Below are positions 38,839 through 49,062 of a stretch of 64,000 nt of DNA, piece by piece. Source of the DNA: a virus. Every line of letters begins with the position of its first letter. Position 1 is the stretch's first letter. Made by a program: the position numbers and the translations under genes. The stretch is from IMG/VR virus record IMGVR_UViG_3300024346_000010, one strand, 5' to 3'. The notes under the pieces were generated by a model. That model searched no databases and was not told the origin of the DNA. It saw nothing but the letters and a program-made list of their open reading frames with translations.

Positions 38839-38902
38839 GGGTGTACAAACCCTTCAAACTCTGTATAATAAAGTTAACAACTTTAAGGTGGGACAGTATA
38901 CC

Positions 38903-39460
38903 ATGAATATTTTCATACTTGACAAAAATCCAGTTAAAGCAGCACAGCTTCAGTGCGATAAACATGTGGTTAAAATGGTATTAGAGTCAGCACAAATGCT
39001 CTCTACAGTACATCGTGTGTTAGATGGTAAGCTTACTAAGATTCCCTCTAAGTCTGGTAAGACTATGGTTAAGCATTGGAAATTGGACCATCACGATGAT
39101 ATTATCTATAAGGCTGTACACGTAGGCCATCCGTGCACTGTTTGGTCTATGGAATCCAATAACAACTACAATTGGCACTACGTACACTTTGTAGCTCTGC
39201 ATGACGAGTTTATGTATCGTTATGGTAAGACGCACAAATCGTTCGACGATCTTGGCGAAATCCTTAAGTCACCTCCTCGTAACATCCCAGTCGGTCCGCT
39301 TACACCATTTAAGCTTGCAATGGGTGCAGCACCAGAGTGCATCAATCCCCATGATCCAGTTGGTTCCTATCGTGCATTCTATCAAACCAAGCAAGATCGC
39401 TTCTCTATGGATTGGACTAAGCGGGATATTCCAGAATGGTTTGAAAAAAAGTGTGCATAG
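38903..39460 (+). CDS. pyrimidine-dimer DNA glycosylase/DenV-like protein
   Basis: MNIFILD...DKHVVKM.LESAQMLST, HPCTVW, RYGKTH. Confidence 0.8.
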   Translation: MNIFILDKNPVKAAQLQCDKHVVKMVLESAQMLSTVHRVLDGKLTKIPSKSGKTMVKHWKLDHHDDIIYKAVHVGHPCTVWSMESNNNYNWHYVHFVALHDEFMYRYGKTHKSFDDLGEILKSPPRNIPVGPLTPFKLAMGAAPECINPHDPVGSYRAFYQTKQDRFSMDWTKRDIPEWFEKKCA

Positions 39461-39517
39461 GGGTTTACATTTAATTTGAAATAGTGTAGTATAGTTATAT
39501 CAACAAGGAGATATCTT

Positions 39518-39907
39518 ATGCATACCTACTCTGAAGAACTCTTCTCGGACTTCCACAAAGACACCTACGGTTTCCGTCCTCGTGCACATGAATTCTACGA
39601 TGCCACCCCCGAGCGTAAGCAGGAAATCTGGGATGCTATGGGTGTGGATTTCGACATCGAGCAAGAGCGTGAGCGTTTTCAGAAGACGGAAGACCTTGCT
39701 GCTTTCTACCGTGAGATTGAAATGCACATTGCCTTTGGCGCAAAGGATCGGGTTGATGCTCTTCGCTGGATGACTCAGGGTGAAAAGTTCTACCATCAAC
39801 AGGATGTTGAGCATTGGGTTTGGAATCAAGGGATCCTTTTCACCGATGAAGGTCGTGCTCTTGTGAAAGAGCTTATGGGAATCGTTAAATTTGAGGAGTG
39901 GAACTAA
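39518..39907 (+). CDS. early hypothetical protein
   Basis: SDFHKDTYGFRPR; promoter and SD upstream. Confidence 0.7.
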   Translation: MHTYSEELFSDFHKDTYGFRPRAHEFYDATPERKQEIWDAMGVDFDIEQERERFQKTEDLAAFYREIEMHIAFGAKDRVDALRWMTQGEKFYHQQDVEHWVWNQGILFTDEGRALVKELMGIVKFEEWN

Positions 39908-40113
39908 TGTGGGCAATTGAAGCACGTAACTTTGGTCCTGATGCAGACTATTTCTATCTTTCTGGTTTGGCCGAAGCAGAGTCTAAGAAAATGCACAAAA
40001 ACTTTGCTAACTCTGGTGAATGGGCTATGGTTCGTTCATGGGATAAACGAGCAGAGTGGGAGCAGGAAAAAGCCAACGAACGTATTCGCAACTGGAAGAA
40101 AAATGTTTCTTGA
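39907..40113 (+). CDS. hypothetical protein
   Basis: Coupled ORF. Confidence 0.55.
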   Translation: MWAIEARNFGPDADYFYLSGLAEAESKKMHKNFANSGEWAMVRSWDKRAEWEQEKANERIRNWKKNVS

Positions 40114-40630
40114 CTTTTGTGGATACAAACTCTCTAAGCTACAAGAGGATATGATCCAAAGCGCTGCTAGTCACGCTCTGAATTTACTTGTATCGAAGCG
40201 TATGAAAAATACACTTGAGATTACCATTACAATCGAAAAGAATCTGCTACATGAGCGTAACATTTGGGGTGACATGGATGTTGATGATGATGATCGTTCT
40301 CCTAAACTCTTCGAGATCCGTCTCAACTATTCCGGTGTACGCTCGTTCAAACAACTGATAAGAACACTTGGTCATGAACTTGTTCACGTTAGCCAGTTTG
40401 CTACTCGTCGTTTGCGCAACTTATCCGGCCCATGTAGAGTGGGATTTCTTACTGAACACTACAACACTATAGAAACAGAATATTATTCCAGACCATGGGA
40501 AATAGAAGCACATGAACTCGAAGAAGAAATCTACAACTACATCCTCGAAAAAGACCCGAAAATCGAAGACTACATCAAATCTAAGAATTGCCGGGGATGG
40601 GCAATCTCTGTTCGCAGCGGTAACATATGA
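40103..40630 (+). CDS. zinc metallopeptidase-like protein
   Basis: HELVHVSQ...PWEIEA. Confidence 0.75.
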   Translation: MFLDFCGYKLSKLQEDMIQSAASHALNLLVSKRMKNTLEITITIEKNLLHERNIWGDMDVDDDDRSPKLFEIRLNYSGVRSFKQLIRTLGHELVHVSQFATRRLRNLSGPCRVGFLTEHYNTIETEYYSRPWEIEAHELEEEIYNYILEKDPKIEDYIKSKNCRGWAISVRSGNI

Positions 40631-40797
40631 CATATTAGAAGAAATACAGTTTGGGAAAGAGGGTACACATTTACGATTAGTGGAGTCCCATATCGGTAAA
40701 AAAAGATATATACAATGTTGGTCCACTTTATCCAACCAATGGAACAATATGTATTTGTATAACGTGAATGAACAATGGGCGAAATGGAAACATACAC

Positions 40798-41037
40798 ATG
40801 CCAGTATACACTCTCGAAGATCTAAAAACGAAACAGAGACACGATGTAACGTGCAGCTGGGACGAACTACAGACAATGCTAAACGAACAACCAGATGTAA
40901 AGCAAGTGCTGTCAGCCCCAAAGATAGTAAGCAGCCGAATGGGAAACAACGATCTAAAAGTACCGGACGGATTCAAGGATCTGCTAAAAAATAAAGTTAA
41001 AAAAGGCTCAGGAAAGGGCAACACCATTAATGTCTAG
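40798..41037 (+). CDS. small conserved protein upstream of phoH
   Basis: MPVYTL...DGFKDLL. Confidence 0.6.
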   Translation: MPVYTLEDLKTKQRHDVTCSWDELQTMLNEQPDVKQVLSAPKIVSSRMGNNDLKVPDGFKDLLKNKVKKGSGKGNTINV

Positions 41038-41719
41038 ATCATATTCTTCTAATGCTATTCGCATAGAGCATCTTCCATCATTTAACCCTTTAACTGAAAA
41101 TCAGAAAAAAGCATATGATGATTGGAAAGATAATAAAAGCCATCTAGTACTTTCTGGTTCTGCCGGTACTGGTAAAACATACATGGGCATTCGCTTTGCT
41201 ATGGAAGCCGTTCTCGATAAAGAAAGCCCATATGAGCAACTTGTAATCGTACGCTCAATTGTGCCATCACGTAATATCGGTTTCTTGCCTGGAATGGAAG
41301 AAAAACTTGATCCATACAAGAAGCCATACCAACAACTCCTGACTGAGATTTTTAATAACAAAGAAGCGTGGTCTAAGCTTGAAGCAACTGGTCGTGTTGT
41401 ATTTGAACCTACATCATTCTTACGTGGTACATCATATCATAATGCAATTATCCTTGTTGATGAGATGCAGAACCTAAACTTCCATGAACTTGACACTGTA
41501 GCCACTCGTGTGGGTTATAATTGCCGTATGATTATGTCTGGGGATTACTATCAGTCAGACTTTGATAAAGAAGATGAGAAGAATGGTATTCTTACATTTA
41601 TGCGTATTGTAGAAGACATGGCTAAATTTGAGATTACCGAATTTACATGGAAAGATATTGTCCGTTCAGACTTTGTTCGTGATTATATTATGACAAAGGA
41701 AATGTTAGGTATTAAATGA
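41030..41719 (+). CDS. phoH: PhoH-like ATPase
   Basis: GSAGTGKT, GFLPG, FLRG, VDEMQN, GDYYQSD, DIVRS. Confidence 0.95.
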   Translation: MSRSYSSNAIRIEHLPSFNPLTENQKKAYDDWKDNKSHLVLSGSAGTGKTYMGIRFAMEAVLDKESPYEQLVIVRSIVPSRNIGFLPGMEEKLDPYKKPYQQLLTEIFNNKEAWSKLEATGRVVFEPTSFLRGTSYHNAIILVDEMQNLNFHELDTVATRVGYNCRMIMSGDYYQSDFDKEDEKNGILTFMRIVEDMAKFEITEFTWKDIVRSDFVRDYIMTKEMLGIK

Positions 41720-42360
41720 GCCAGTTTGATCCAACTCGTCCTGGTTACTTGACCACTATTGATAAAGGTGTTGCTGACAAAATTTATCAATACTATTTGT
41801 CTAAAAAAGATGATGAAGAATTTGTCCATCAGTGTGCTTCTCATAGTCTAATAGATACGGCAATAAATCCTAAGTGGCAATCCGACTTATCTAATGAAAT
41901 GGAATATCTTAAAAATTATACGTATCCATTCGGCGGAGATGTGTATTGCCATTGGTTAAAGGTATATAATGAAAATCAACATCATCTAGGAGGTTTTCTA
42001 GGATTGCATCAAGATTATGGCGAATTTCCCGAGTTAAAAAATCAGGGAAAAATGATGATAACAAATTCCATATTATTACATCAAAGTGATGATTTAGAAG
42101 GTGGTGAGCTGATCTTTGCTGGTGATTCATTTGATAACACTAAAGACAAAATTAAAGCGCCAGATAGACCTTATAATACTCAACACATAATGCACCGAAT
42201 GGAAATTGATAAACAAAAAAATGTTGGAGACGTTATGTGGTGGCATGGTTATACCGTTCATGGGGTATCCAGAATAAAAAAGGGTAATAGAGTTACCTTT
42301 ATGATTATTAAAACAACCGATATCAATGATAGATATTTTAAGAAAGAAAGAAATGGCTAA
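41716..42360 (+). CDS. 2OG-Fe(II) oxygenase
   Basis: HQD...EGGEL...HGV..I..G.R. Confidence 0.8.
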   Translation: MSQFDPTRPGYLTTIDKGVADKIYQYYLSKKDDEEFVHQCASHSLIDTAINPKWQSDLSNEMEYLKNYTYPFGGDVYCHWLKVYNENQHHLGGFLGLHQDYGEFPELKNQGKMMITNSILLHQSDDLEGGELIFAGDSFDNTKDKIKAPDRPYNTQHIMHRMEIDKQKNVGDVMWWHGYTVHGVSRIKKGNRVTFMIIKTTDINDRYFKKERNG

Positions 42361-42526
42361 GTATACGCGTTTTGACCCTCGTAATAGAAAATATGGTCGT
42401 AACAAAGATCGATCTTTGAAAAAAGATTTTAGGATTCGCGAAGCTGAAGATAATAAAGCTAACAAATATTACGGTAAGAAAATAGAATGGGTGAATGTTG
42501 ATGAGACCGAAGATCAGAGTACTTAG
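42353..42526 (+). CDS. small basic hypothetical protein
   Basis: MAKYTRFDPRN. Confidence 0.55.
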   Translation: MAKYTRFDPRNRKYGRNKDRSLKKDFRIREAEDNKANKYYGKKIEWVNVDETEDQST

Positions 42527-42782
42527 ATATATCCGAAGAGTCTTGATTGCTACATCAATTTTAGTTAATGTTGTTTTAGGAGGTCATTCTAACCAAACGT
42601 TCTCGGCACGTAACCACGACCGGAAGAAAAATAACAAATATAATTTAGTGTGGTTAATTGATTTCTTGATATTCTGGGACGCCGATCATTGCATGATGAG
42701 TTGGCTATACTGGAAAACTCGAAAAGATATCCGAAAAGGCGGGGCAAGGTATTTACAAAACAAAGCTAACGTGATAAAATAA
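42495..42782 (+). CDS. hypothetical protein
   Basis: NV.LGG..NQTFSAR...DHC. Confidence 0.6.
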   Translation: MLMRPKIRVLRYIRRVLIATSILVNVVLGGHSNQTFSARNHDRKKNNKYNLVWLIDFLIFWDADHCMMSWLYWKTRKDIRKGGARYLQNKANVIK

Positions 42783-42805
42783 CTTCATAATTGATAGGAT
42801 ATAAT

Positions 42806-43381
42806 ATGCGAATTTTGACTGATGTAGATGGCGTGCTCTTGAACTGGGAATACGCCTTTAATGTATGGATGAAAAGCCACGGCTATGAAGAAGATCTTTC
42901 TTTGGTCTCCAGTGAATATGATATGGGCATTCGCTATGGAATTTCATCCAAAAAGAAACGTAAGCTAATTAAAATGTTTAACGAGTCTGCTGCAATTGGT
43001 TTTCTTCCTCCATTGCGCGATGCTATTCATTATGTTCGTAAGCTACACGAAGAACATGGCTATGTGTTTCACGTGATCACTTCCCTTTCACTTGATCGTA
43101 ATGCACAAATGCTTCGTGAGCAAAATCTAAAGAAATTGTTTGGGGAAACCGTATTTGAAAAGTTTGTTTATTGTGATACAGGAGCGGATAAAGATGAAGC
43201 TCTTGTGCCATATATTAACTCATTCGATGTTTGGATCGAAGACAAAATTGAGAATGCCGAACTCGGGCTTGATTATAATTTAGATTCTATCCTTATTGAA
43301 CATGGGCATAATATGCACTATGATGGTGTTCCACTCATGAGGAACTGGAAAGAAGTTTATGAATATGTCACAGGAGAATAA
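42806..43381 (+). CDS. HAD 5'(3')-deoxyribonucleotidase-like
   Basis: DVDGVLLNW, ITS, WIED. Confidence 0.8.
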   Translation: MRILTDVDGVLLNWEYAFNVWMKSHGYEEDLSLVSSEYDMGIRYGISSKKKRKLIKMFNESAAIGFLPPLRDAIHYVRKLHEEHGYVFHVITSLSLDRNAQMLREQNLKKLFGETVFEKFVYCDTGADKDEALVPYINSFDVWIEDKIENAELGLDYNLDSILIEHGHNMHYDGVPLMRNWKEVYEYVTGE

Positions 43382-43383
43382 CT

Positions 43384-43578
43384 ATGAGTGTATTTGAAAT
43401 TCTAAATCTTCGTAGTCAATGGGAAGAATTGGCACGGAATCTAAATACTGATATAGATAGTTCTATCTCGGGCCTTAAAACATTTGTTGAGCATAGCTAT
43501 AAGAGTAACCGATTTAAAGAAGGTTGGGCTGAAGCTATGGAAATTGCTGAAACTATTATAAAGGAATGCGCGAAGTGA
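43384..43578 (+). CDS. hypothetical protein
   Basis: SD GGAG. Confidence 0.6.
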   Translation: MSVFEILNLRSQWEELARNLNTDIDSSISGLKTFVEHSYKSNRFKEGWAEAMEIAETIIKECAK

Positions 43579-44222
43579 AGCCATTTAAATATGAATACGA
43601 AAATAGACTATATGAAGTAAATTATGATCACTCTGCTGAGAAGCAAAGGTTGAACGATTTCTTTGATGAGAGAATTGATAATGATTATTACTCAGACGTC
43701 AATGGTGGAACTGTTGAGCTTAGAACATATCATGTCGATTATGGTATCCCTAAGCAATACCAAGATTGGATGTTTTTAGCAAATTATACTTCTGACCTAT
43801 TGAAATCTATGGGGTCTAAAGTGGACATAATGGAATTTAAACATACACTTAAATTTGATTTTATTAGAATGCCTGCGCATGATATCCTTCCTCCGCATAC
43901 AGCATCATTTGTTAGAGCATGTTGCTCTATTAATGTGCCAATGAGGGGTCGCTGTAAAATTGATATTTACGAAGATAATAAAGAAAACCCCCATACATAT
44001 GGAGATAAGCTGGATCGCCATGAGTATACAAGTCCAATCCTATTAAACGTAAATCAATTTCATGGTGTTCATAACGATGAACCTGAGGAACGTATGGTTC
44101 TTAAAATTCATATGATGACTTTGCCTTACGACCGCATGGTAAAAAGCTTTTATGAACCAGTCAAATGCTTTGATTGGGAAGTTCCTTGGAGCTATAATCG
44201 CGGAACAAAACAAAGAATTTAA
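43566..44222 (+). CDS. cupin/2OG-oxygenase-like protein
   Basis: LPPHT..SINVP..NVNQFHGV.N...R. Confidence 0.5.
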   Translation: MREVKPFKYEYENRLYEVNYDHSAEKQRLNDFFDERIDNDYYSDVNGGTVELRTYHVDYGIPKQYQDWMFLANYTSDLLKSMGSKVDIMEFKHTLKFDFIRMPAHDILPPHTASFVRACCSINVPMRGRCKIDIYEDNKENPHTYGDKLDRHEYTSPILLNVNQFHGVHNDEPEERMVLKIHMMTLPYDRMVKSFYEPVKCFDWEVPWSYNRGTKQRI

Positions 44223-44223
44223 T

Positions 44224-45006
44224 ATGAAAAGGTTAATTTATCAAGTATATCTTGGAAAGAAATCTAAACTATACGATCACTGTGTTGAAAGTGTAGCAAA
44301 GTACGCAAAAAGAATCGGCGCTGAACATGTTGTTCAGCGCACGCCGCTTCTTATGATCGCTCCGGATCCATTTACATCAAACCGTAGTAAAGAGTCATAT
44401 CAAAAGCACGGTGGGTTTCTTCCAATTTATGAGAAAGAGAATGCGTTTGCGTATTTTAAGTCTTATGATCAAATCGCTATTATTGACGCTGATATTTACA
44501 TTCGGGATACTGCTCCTGATATCTTTGACGATGTTGATCAAAAGTATGATTTTGGTGCTGTGCTTGAGCGCGATATGCCTATGACCAATCAATATGAAGC
44601 AAAGATTAAAAACTATTCTAAGATGCAATATGGAATGAATCCAATCCGACAGTTGTTTGATTGGAACGGTAATTCTGGAGCTAACTTCTATAATATGGGT
44701 ATGATGGTTATGAACAAATCATTTGCTACTCATTTAAAGGGTCAGACTCCTATGCAATTCCTACGTAGACCTGAGTTTAAGGCGTTTATCGATGGCGTTG
44801 GAGCATGGAAGTGGTCTACTGACCAAACTTTGCTTAATGTGTTTGTTAAAGAAAATAAAGTCAAATGTAAAGATATGGATTGGAAGTGGAATGGACTTTA
44901 TACCGCAAATCCATTTATTAACGAGTGCCATTTTGTACACTTCTTCTTGAAAGATAAGCTTCCAAACCGCGGTGAAATTGTAGAAGATCTTATGAAGAAT
45001 GTCTAG
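44224..45006 (+). CDS. glycosyltransferase (GT-A, GT8-like)
   Basis: IIDADI, NMGMMV, DQTLLN, WN, HF. Confidence 0.8.
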   Translation: MKRLIYQVYLGKKSKLYDHCVESVAKYAKRIGAEHVVQRTPLLMIAPDPFTSNRSKESYQKHGGFLPIYEKENAFAYFKSYDQIAIIDADIYIRDTAPDIFDDVDQKYDFGAVLERDMPMTNQYEAKIKNYSKMQYGMNPIRQLFDWNGNSGANFYNMGMMVMNKSFATHLKGQTPMQFLRRPEFKAFIDGVGAWKWSTDQTLLNVFVKENKVKCKDMDWKWNGLYTANPFINECHFVHFFLKDKLPNRGEIVEDLMKNV

Positions 45007-45658
45007 AACACTTTTTATACATATTCCAAAGAATGCCGGAACAAGCATATCTGCTTCTATGGTATGCTTTCCAGTATCTAAAAAATATATGACAAATAAA
45101 ATGGCATCGGCTGAAGATATGTCTCCGATGAAGCCGATGCCTATAATGCACAAGCATATCCCATATAATTACTTAGATATTACTAAAATTAATCGATTCG
45201 ATAATACATTTGCCGTTGTTAGGAATCCTTGGGCTAGAATGGTTTCTTTATACCATTATGCAGATAAAATATCTGATGCAGTAGCCGGAACTCCTTATTA
45301 TCAACCACAAATAAGTTTTAATGAATTTATCGATAGGATGGACTCTTTTAGAATGAGCTCAACCTATTATTGGAATCATCCTTATGACCAATGGGGTGCT
45401 CAGCTCGACTGGGTTACAAAACAGGGTAAGGTTAAAGCTGATATACTGAGATACGAAAATATACAAACAGATTTAAACCACTATTTTGATAAAGATGTTG
45501 AACTTAAAAAGAAAAATATAGGTTCATATAAAAAACATTATACGGAATATTATAATGATGAACAAAAGCAAAGGGTAGCGGATTGGTTTAGGTTGGATAT
45601 AGAATATTGGGGATTTACATTTGATTCAGGGGCAAAAAGAAACTATTGGACGAAATAA
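44999..45658 (+). CDS. sulfotransferase family 2
   Basis: FIHIPKNAGTS (5'-PSB) and VRNPWARMVS (3'-PB). Confidence 0.9.
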   Translation: MSRTLFIHIPKNAGTSISASMVCFPVSKKYMTNKMASAEDMSPMKPMPIMHKHIPYNYLDITKINRFDNTFAVVRNPWARMVSLYHYADKISDAVAGTPYYQPQISFNEFIDRMDSFRMSSTYYWNHPYDQWGAQLDWVTKQGKVKADILRYENIQTDLNHYFDKDVELKKKNIGSYKKHYTEYYNDEQKQRVADWFRLDIEYWGFTFDSGAKRNYWTK

Positions 45659-46371
45659 CACAAAAGAAAATCTTTATTCATATTCCAAAAAATGCTGGAT
45701 CAACTATACAATCCGCTGAAGCTTTGCAGGGCAAGATTGTTAATATATCTCCAGAAATTCAAAGAGATGATAATTATGCAAAAGAAGTTTTAGACCATGT
45801 TGCATTTTTTCCGATTTCAGATAATGAACAAGAGTCTATCCCAGCTGACGAAATACTCCAGCAACACTGTAGATGGTTGGATCTAAATCCCGCTATAACT
45901 AAAAAGTATAATTCATTTGCTGTAATAAGAAACCCCTGGGCTAGAGTAGCATCACGATATTTTTATGCATTAAAGGAATCTATGTCTGGCCTTAAAGTAG
46001 CCGTTGATGTATCTTCATTTGAGTCTTTTATAGGGGAAAGGCATTATTGGGGAAATAAGCCTTATATGTGGCACAGCGCTATTAGAGGATGGTATTGCGC
46101 AGCAGATTATGTAACAGATTTAAATGGTAATTTAGTATGCGACATGCTTTCATTTGAGAATTTAGATACAGAATTGTGCGAATATTTCTCATTAGAATCA
46201 CCTCCTCCTCGTCAAAATATTACTGGAGTAGGCGCCGGAAAATATGCTAATATATACACTAAAGATACTATTCAAATTATAGCTGATTGGTATAAAAAAG
46301 ATATTGAAATGTTTGGTTATGACTTTGACACTGGCCCAACTAAAAACACCTGGAAGGAAATTGTGATATGA
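45646..46371 (+). CDS. sulfotransferase family 2
   Basis: FIHIPKNAGST, IRNPWARVAS. Confidence 0.88.
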   Translation: MDEITQKKIFIHIPKNAGSTIQSAEALQGKIVNISPEIQRDDNYAKEVLDHVAFFPISDNEQESIPADEILQQHCRWLDLNPAITKKYNSFAVIRNPWARVASRYFYALKESMSGLKVAVDVSSFESFIGERHYWGNKPYMWHSAIRGWYCAADYVTDLNGNLVCDMLSFENLDTELCEYFSLESPPPRQNITGVGAGKYANIYTKDTIQIIADWYKKDIEMFGYDFDTGPTKNTWKEIVI

Positions 46372-46976
46372 TGCACGGTGTAGGTGGAACTGATTCAGTT
46401 CACATTTTAGAATTTATTAAAGCTGGTAGTATCGGCGCGGAGATTGGCGTTTGGCAAGGGTTTACTTCTGAAAAATTCCTGAAAAGAAATCCAGAAAAAT
46501 TATACTTAATTGACCCTTGGGGCGTTGAGGCTTATAAACCTTCGCTTAATGTGGACGATGATACGTTTAATTATAATAAATATATTAATCGATATAAGAG
46601 TATTGTCGGTTCAAGTGATCCGGCTATGTTTCAAAAACATTATGATAAAGTTCATGATAATGTAGTTAAAAAGTTTAAAAATAATGAAAACGTAGAAGTT
46701 TGCCGTATGCTATCGACTGAATGGTTTGCGGCATATGATGGTCCAAAATTAGACTGGATTTATATTGATGGAGACCATTCTTATACTGGAGTTATTAATG
46801 ATTTGAATGCCTCATTAGCTGTCGTTAAACCTGGAGGGGTTATTATTGGCGACGATTATAAATGGCATAACGATGGCGATAAAGGTGGTGTTAAAAAGGC
46901 CGTCAAAGAATTCATTGAAACCAATAATTTAACAGTTAAGCAATATGGCAAGATTCAATTTGTAATTCAACTATGA
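46368..46976 (+). CDS. class I SAM methyltransferase (Methyltransf_24-like)
   Basis: EIGVWQG, YIDGDHSY, GGVIIGDDY. Confidence 0.9.
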   Translation: MMHGVGGTDSVHILEFIKAGSIGAEIGVWQGFTSEKFLKRNPEKLYLIDPWGVEAYKPSLNVDDDTFNYNKYINRYKSIVGSSDPAMFQKHYDKVHDNVVKKFKNNENVEVCRMLSTEWFAAYDGPKLDWIYIDGDHSYTGVINDLNASLAVVKPGGVIIGDDYKWHNDGDKGGVKKAVKEFIETNNLTVKQYGKIQFVIQL

Positions 46977-47656
46977 AAGTAAATATTACATACGTATCAG
47001 AATTTGATAAGTCGGTTTATCAGGCAAAACAATGCAAAGTTTCTTGTGAAAAGGTTGGTTATGAAATTATCATGAACGAAGGTATCGTTCCTGCGACATT
47101 AGATGCTGACAATCTTAAACCAATGCCGAATAGTAGAGCTTGGGATTATGAAACCGAAAATCAGCCATATCTTGCATCAAAAAAATCCTGCTTTTCAAAT
47201 CATATTCGTTTTTGGAAACAAGTCGTAGAATCAAATGAAACTCAGATTTTTTTAGAGCATGATGCCAGAGCTATTCGTACATGGGATAATCCAGACTTCG
47301 ACGAATATTTGATATTGAATATGGATGCTGCATTTCGTAATAATAGAGATTTATGGAAATGGCATGCGGAGTCATATGAGTATAACGGTAAAGGTAAAAC
47401 TGTTATTAAAGAGAATGTTTCGTCCCTAAAATATCACAAAGAAAATGAATGGAAAGATTCATACTTAGTTCCAGGAACAGCCGCATATGCAATAAAACCA
47501 TGCGCTGCTCAAAAACTTCTTGATATCGCATATAATAAAGGTTGGGATCAAAGCGATTTCTTTATTAATAGTGCTAATATTCATATTCAATATTCTGATC
47601 CACAACATTTTGAATTCTCTGGCGTAAATCTAAAAACTAGCATGGGATTTAGATAA
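46973..47656 (+). CDS. GT25-like glycosyltransferase
   Basis: CFSNH..W, LEHDA, GTAAYAI.P. Confidence 0.75.
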   Translation: MKVNITYVSEFDKSVYQAKQCKVSCEKVGYEIIMNEGIVPATLDADNLKPMPNSRAWDYETENQPYLASKKSCFSNHIRFWKQVVESNETQIFLEHDARAIRTWDNPDFDEYLILNMDAAFRNNRDLWKWHAESYEYNGKGKTVIKENVSSLKYHKENEWKDSYLVPGTAAYAIKPCAAQKLLDIAYNKGWDQSDFFINSANIHIQYSDPQHFEFSGVNLKTSMGFR

Positions 47657-47716
47657 TGACAAAAAAGTATCTGTTGTAAAAAAGATTGAATTGCGTAATA
47701 AACGCGAAGGTGAGAA

Positions 47717-48418
47717 ATGATGAGAGCATTTGCTATTACAATGTGGCGACACGAAGGTTCTGAAATGGGCTTCAAACGACTACAACAAAGTTGGGAGTCT
47801 TCGAAGCAATCATTTCCTCTCAAAAGATTTACCGCGGTTACATACGATGACGACACTGATGCCATCATGAAATCGCATAAAATCAAATGGAATTATCCAT
47901 GGAAAGAAGCAGAGCTTGACTGGGCTTCTGGATTACTTAAAAGCCCATATCCTACAAGAAATCCTAAAGCGCGAATTGCCTGCGCATTAAGCCATTACGC
48001 GCTTTGGAAAAAATGCTATAATGAGAGTGAATCAATTCTAATATTAGAGCATGACACAGTTTTTACTAAAACCTTAAATTATAAGTTTATTCTTGATTCA
48101 AAGTATGATATAATTGGTATCAATGATCCAAGAGGAGCGACGAGGCTTTCTCAACTATTTCATAATACAGTAGAAGAAAATATACATCCTGTCCAAAGAC
48201 CCCCATTAATTGACCATTTACATATTCCCCAAGGTATTGCTGGAAATAGCGCGTATATAATGAAACCAAGTGGAGCTAAGAAGATGTTAGATCTGGTCGA
48301 TGAATATGGACTATGGCCAAATGATGCTATTATGTGCAGACAACTTGTTCCTACTCTTGGCATCACGAAAGAATATTATACAAAGGTATTAGGCTTCGGC
48401 TCAACAACATCGCTATGA
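47717..48418 (+). CDS. GT25-like glycosyltransferase
   Basis: CALSHYALW, ILEHD, GNSAYIMKP. Confidence 0.8.
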   Translation: MMRAFAITMWRHEGSEMGFKRLQQSWESSKQSFPLKRFTAVTYDDDTDAIMKSHKIKWNYPWKEAELDWASGLLKSPYPTRNPKARIACALSHYALWKKCYNESESILILEHDTVFTKTLNYKFILDSKYDIIGINDPRGATRLSQLFHNTVEENIHPVQRPPLIDHLHIPQGIAGNSAYIMKPSGAKKMLDLVDEYGLWPNDAIMCRQLVPTLGITKEYYTKVLGFGSTTSL

Positions 48419-49062
48419 AATCATATGTAATAACAATTCTAGACAATCCTCGGTCGGTTCAAGTAGCTGACCGTTGTGTTGCATCAGGTAAGAAGTTCGG
48501 CATTGATATTGGAAAGTTTAGCGCAGTAACGCCAAAAACTCATGATCCCGTGCAATTTGCCGAGTCGTTAGATATTCCTACTGATGGCTTTAAAGAGATT
48601 TATTCTCGTTATGAGAATTGTTTGTCAGCATTTCTTTCTCATTATCTTCTATGGGAAAAGTGTGTAAACCTAAATGAACCCATGTTAATTCTTGAGCATG
48701 ATGCAATTATTGTCAATAACATTCCAGTATTTGCTGGATATAAACATTTACTGAATCTCGGCGAACCTAGTTATGGAAAAGCAAGACAACCTATGATGCT
48801 TGGTGTTGGACCTCTTACATCTAAGCAATACTTGCCCGGTGCTCATGGATATATGATTAAACCTTCGGGCGCGAAGATGCTAATGGACAGAGCACAACTA
48901 ACAGCGATGCCAACTGATGTGTTTATTAATAAAACTAATTTTCCTTGGCTAGAAGAATATTATCCATGGCCTGTAAAGGCAGTTGATTCATTTACTACAA
49001 TTCAAAATAAGCACGGCTGTGCTGCTAAACATAATTATGGTGCGACTTATGAAATCATCTAG
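48415..49062 (+). CDS. GT25-like glycosyltransferase
   Basis: FLSHYLLW, ILEHDA, GAHGYMIKP. Confidence 0.8.
   Translation: MKSYVITILDNPRSVQVADRCVASGKKFGIDIGKFSAVTPKTHDPVQFAESLDIPTDGFKEIYSRYENCLSAFLSHYLLWEKCVNLNEPMLILEHDAIIVNNIPVFAGYKHLLNLGEPSYGKARQPMMLGVGPLTSKQYLPGAHGYMIKPSGAKMLMDRAQLTAMPTDVFINKTNFPWLEEYYPWPVKAVDSFTTIQNKHGCAAKHNYGATYEII

Noticed and set aside
40512-40994. 160-aa ORF overlapping two neighbours
   Set aside because: The central part (~40600-40800) may be coding, but both ends overlap better-supported genes and I could not fix its boundaries.
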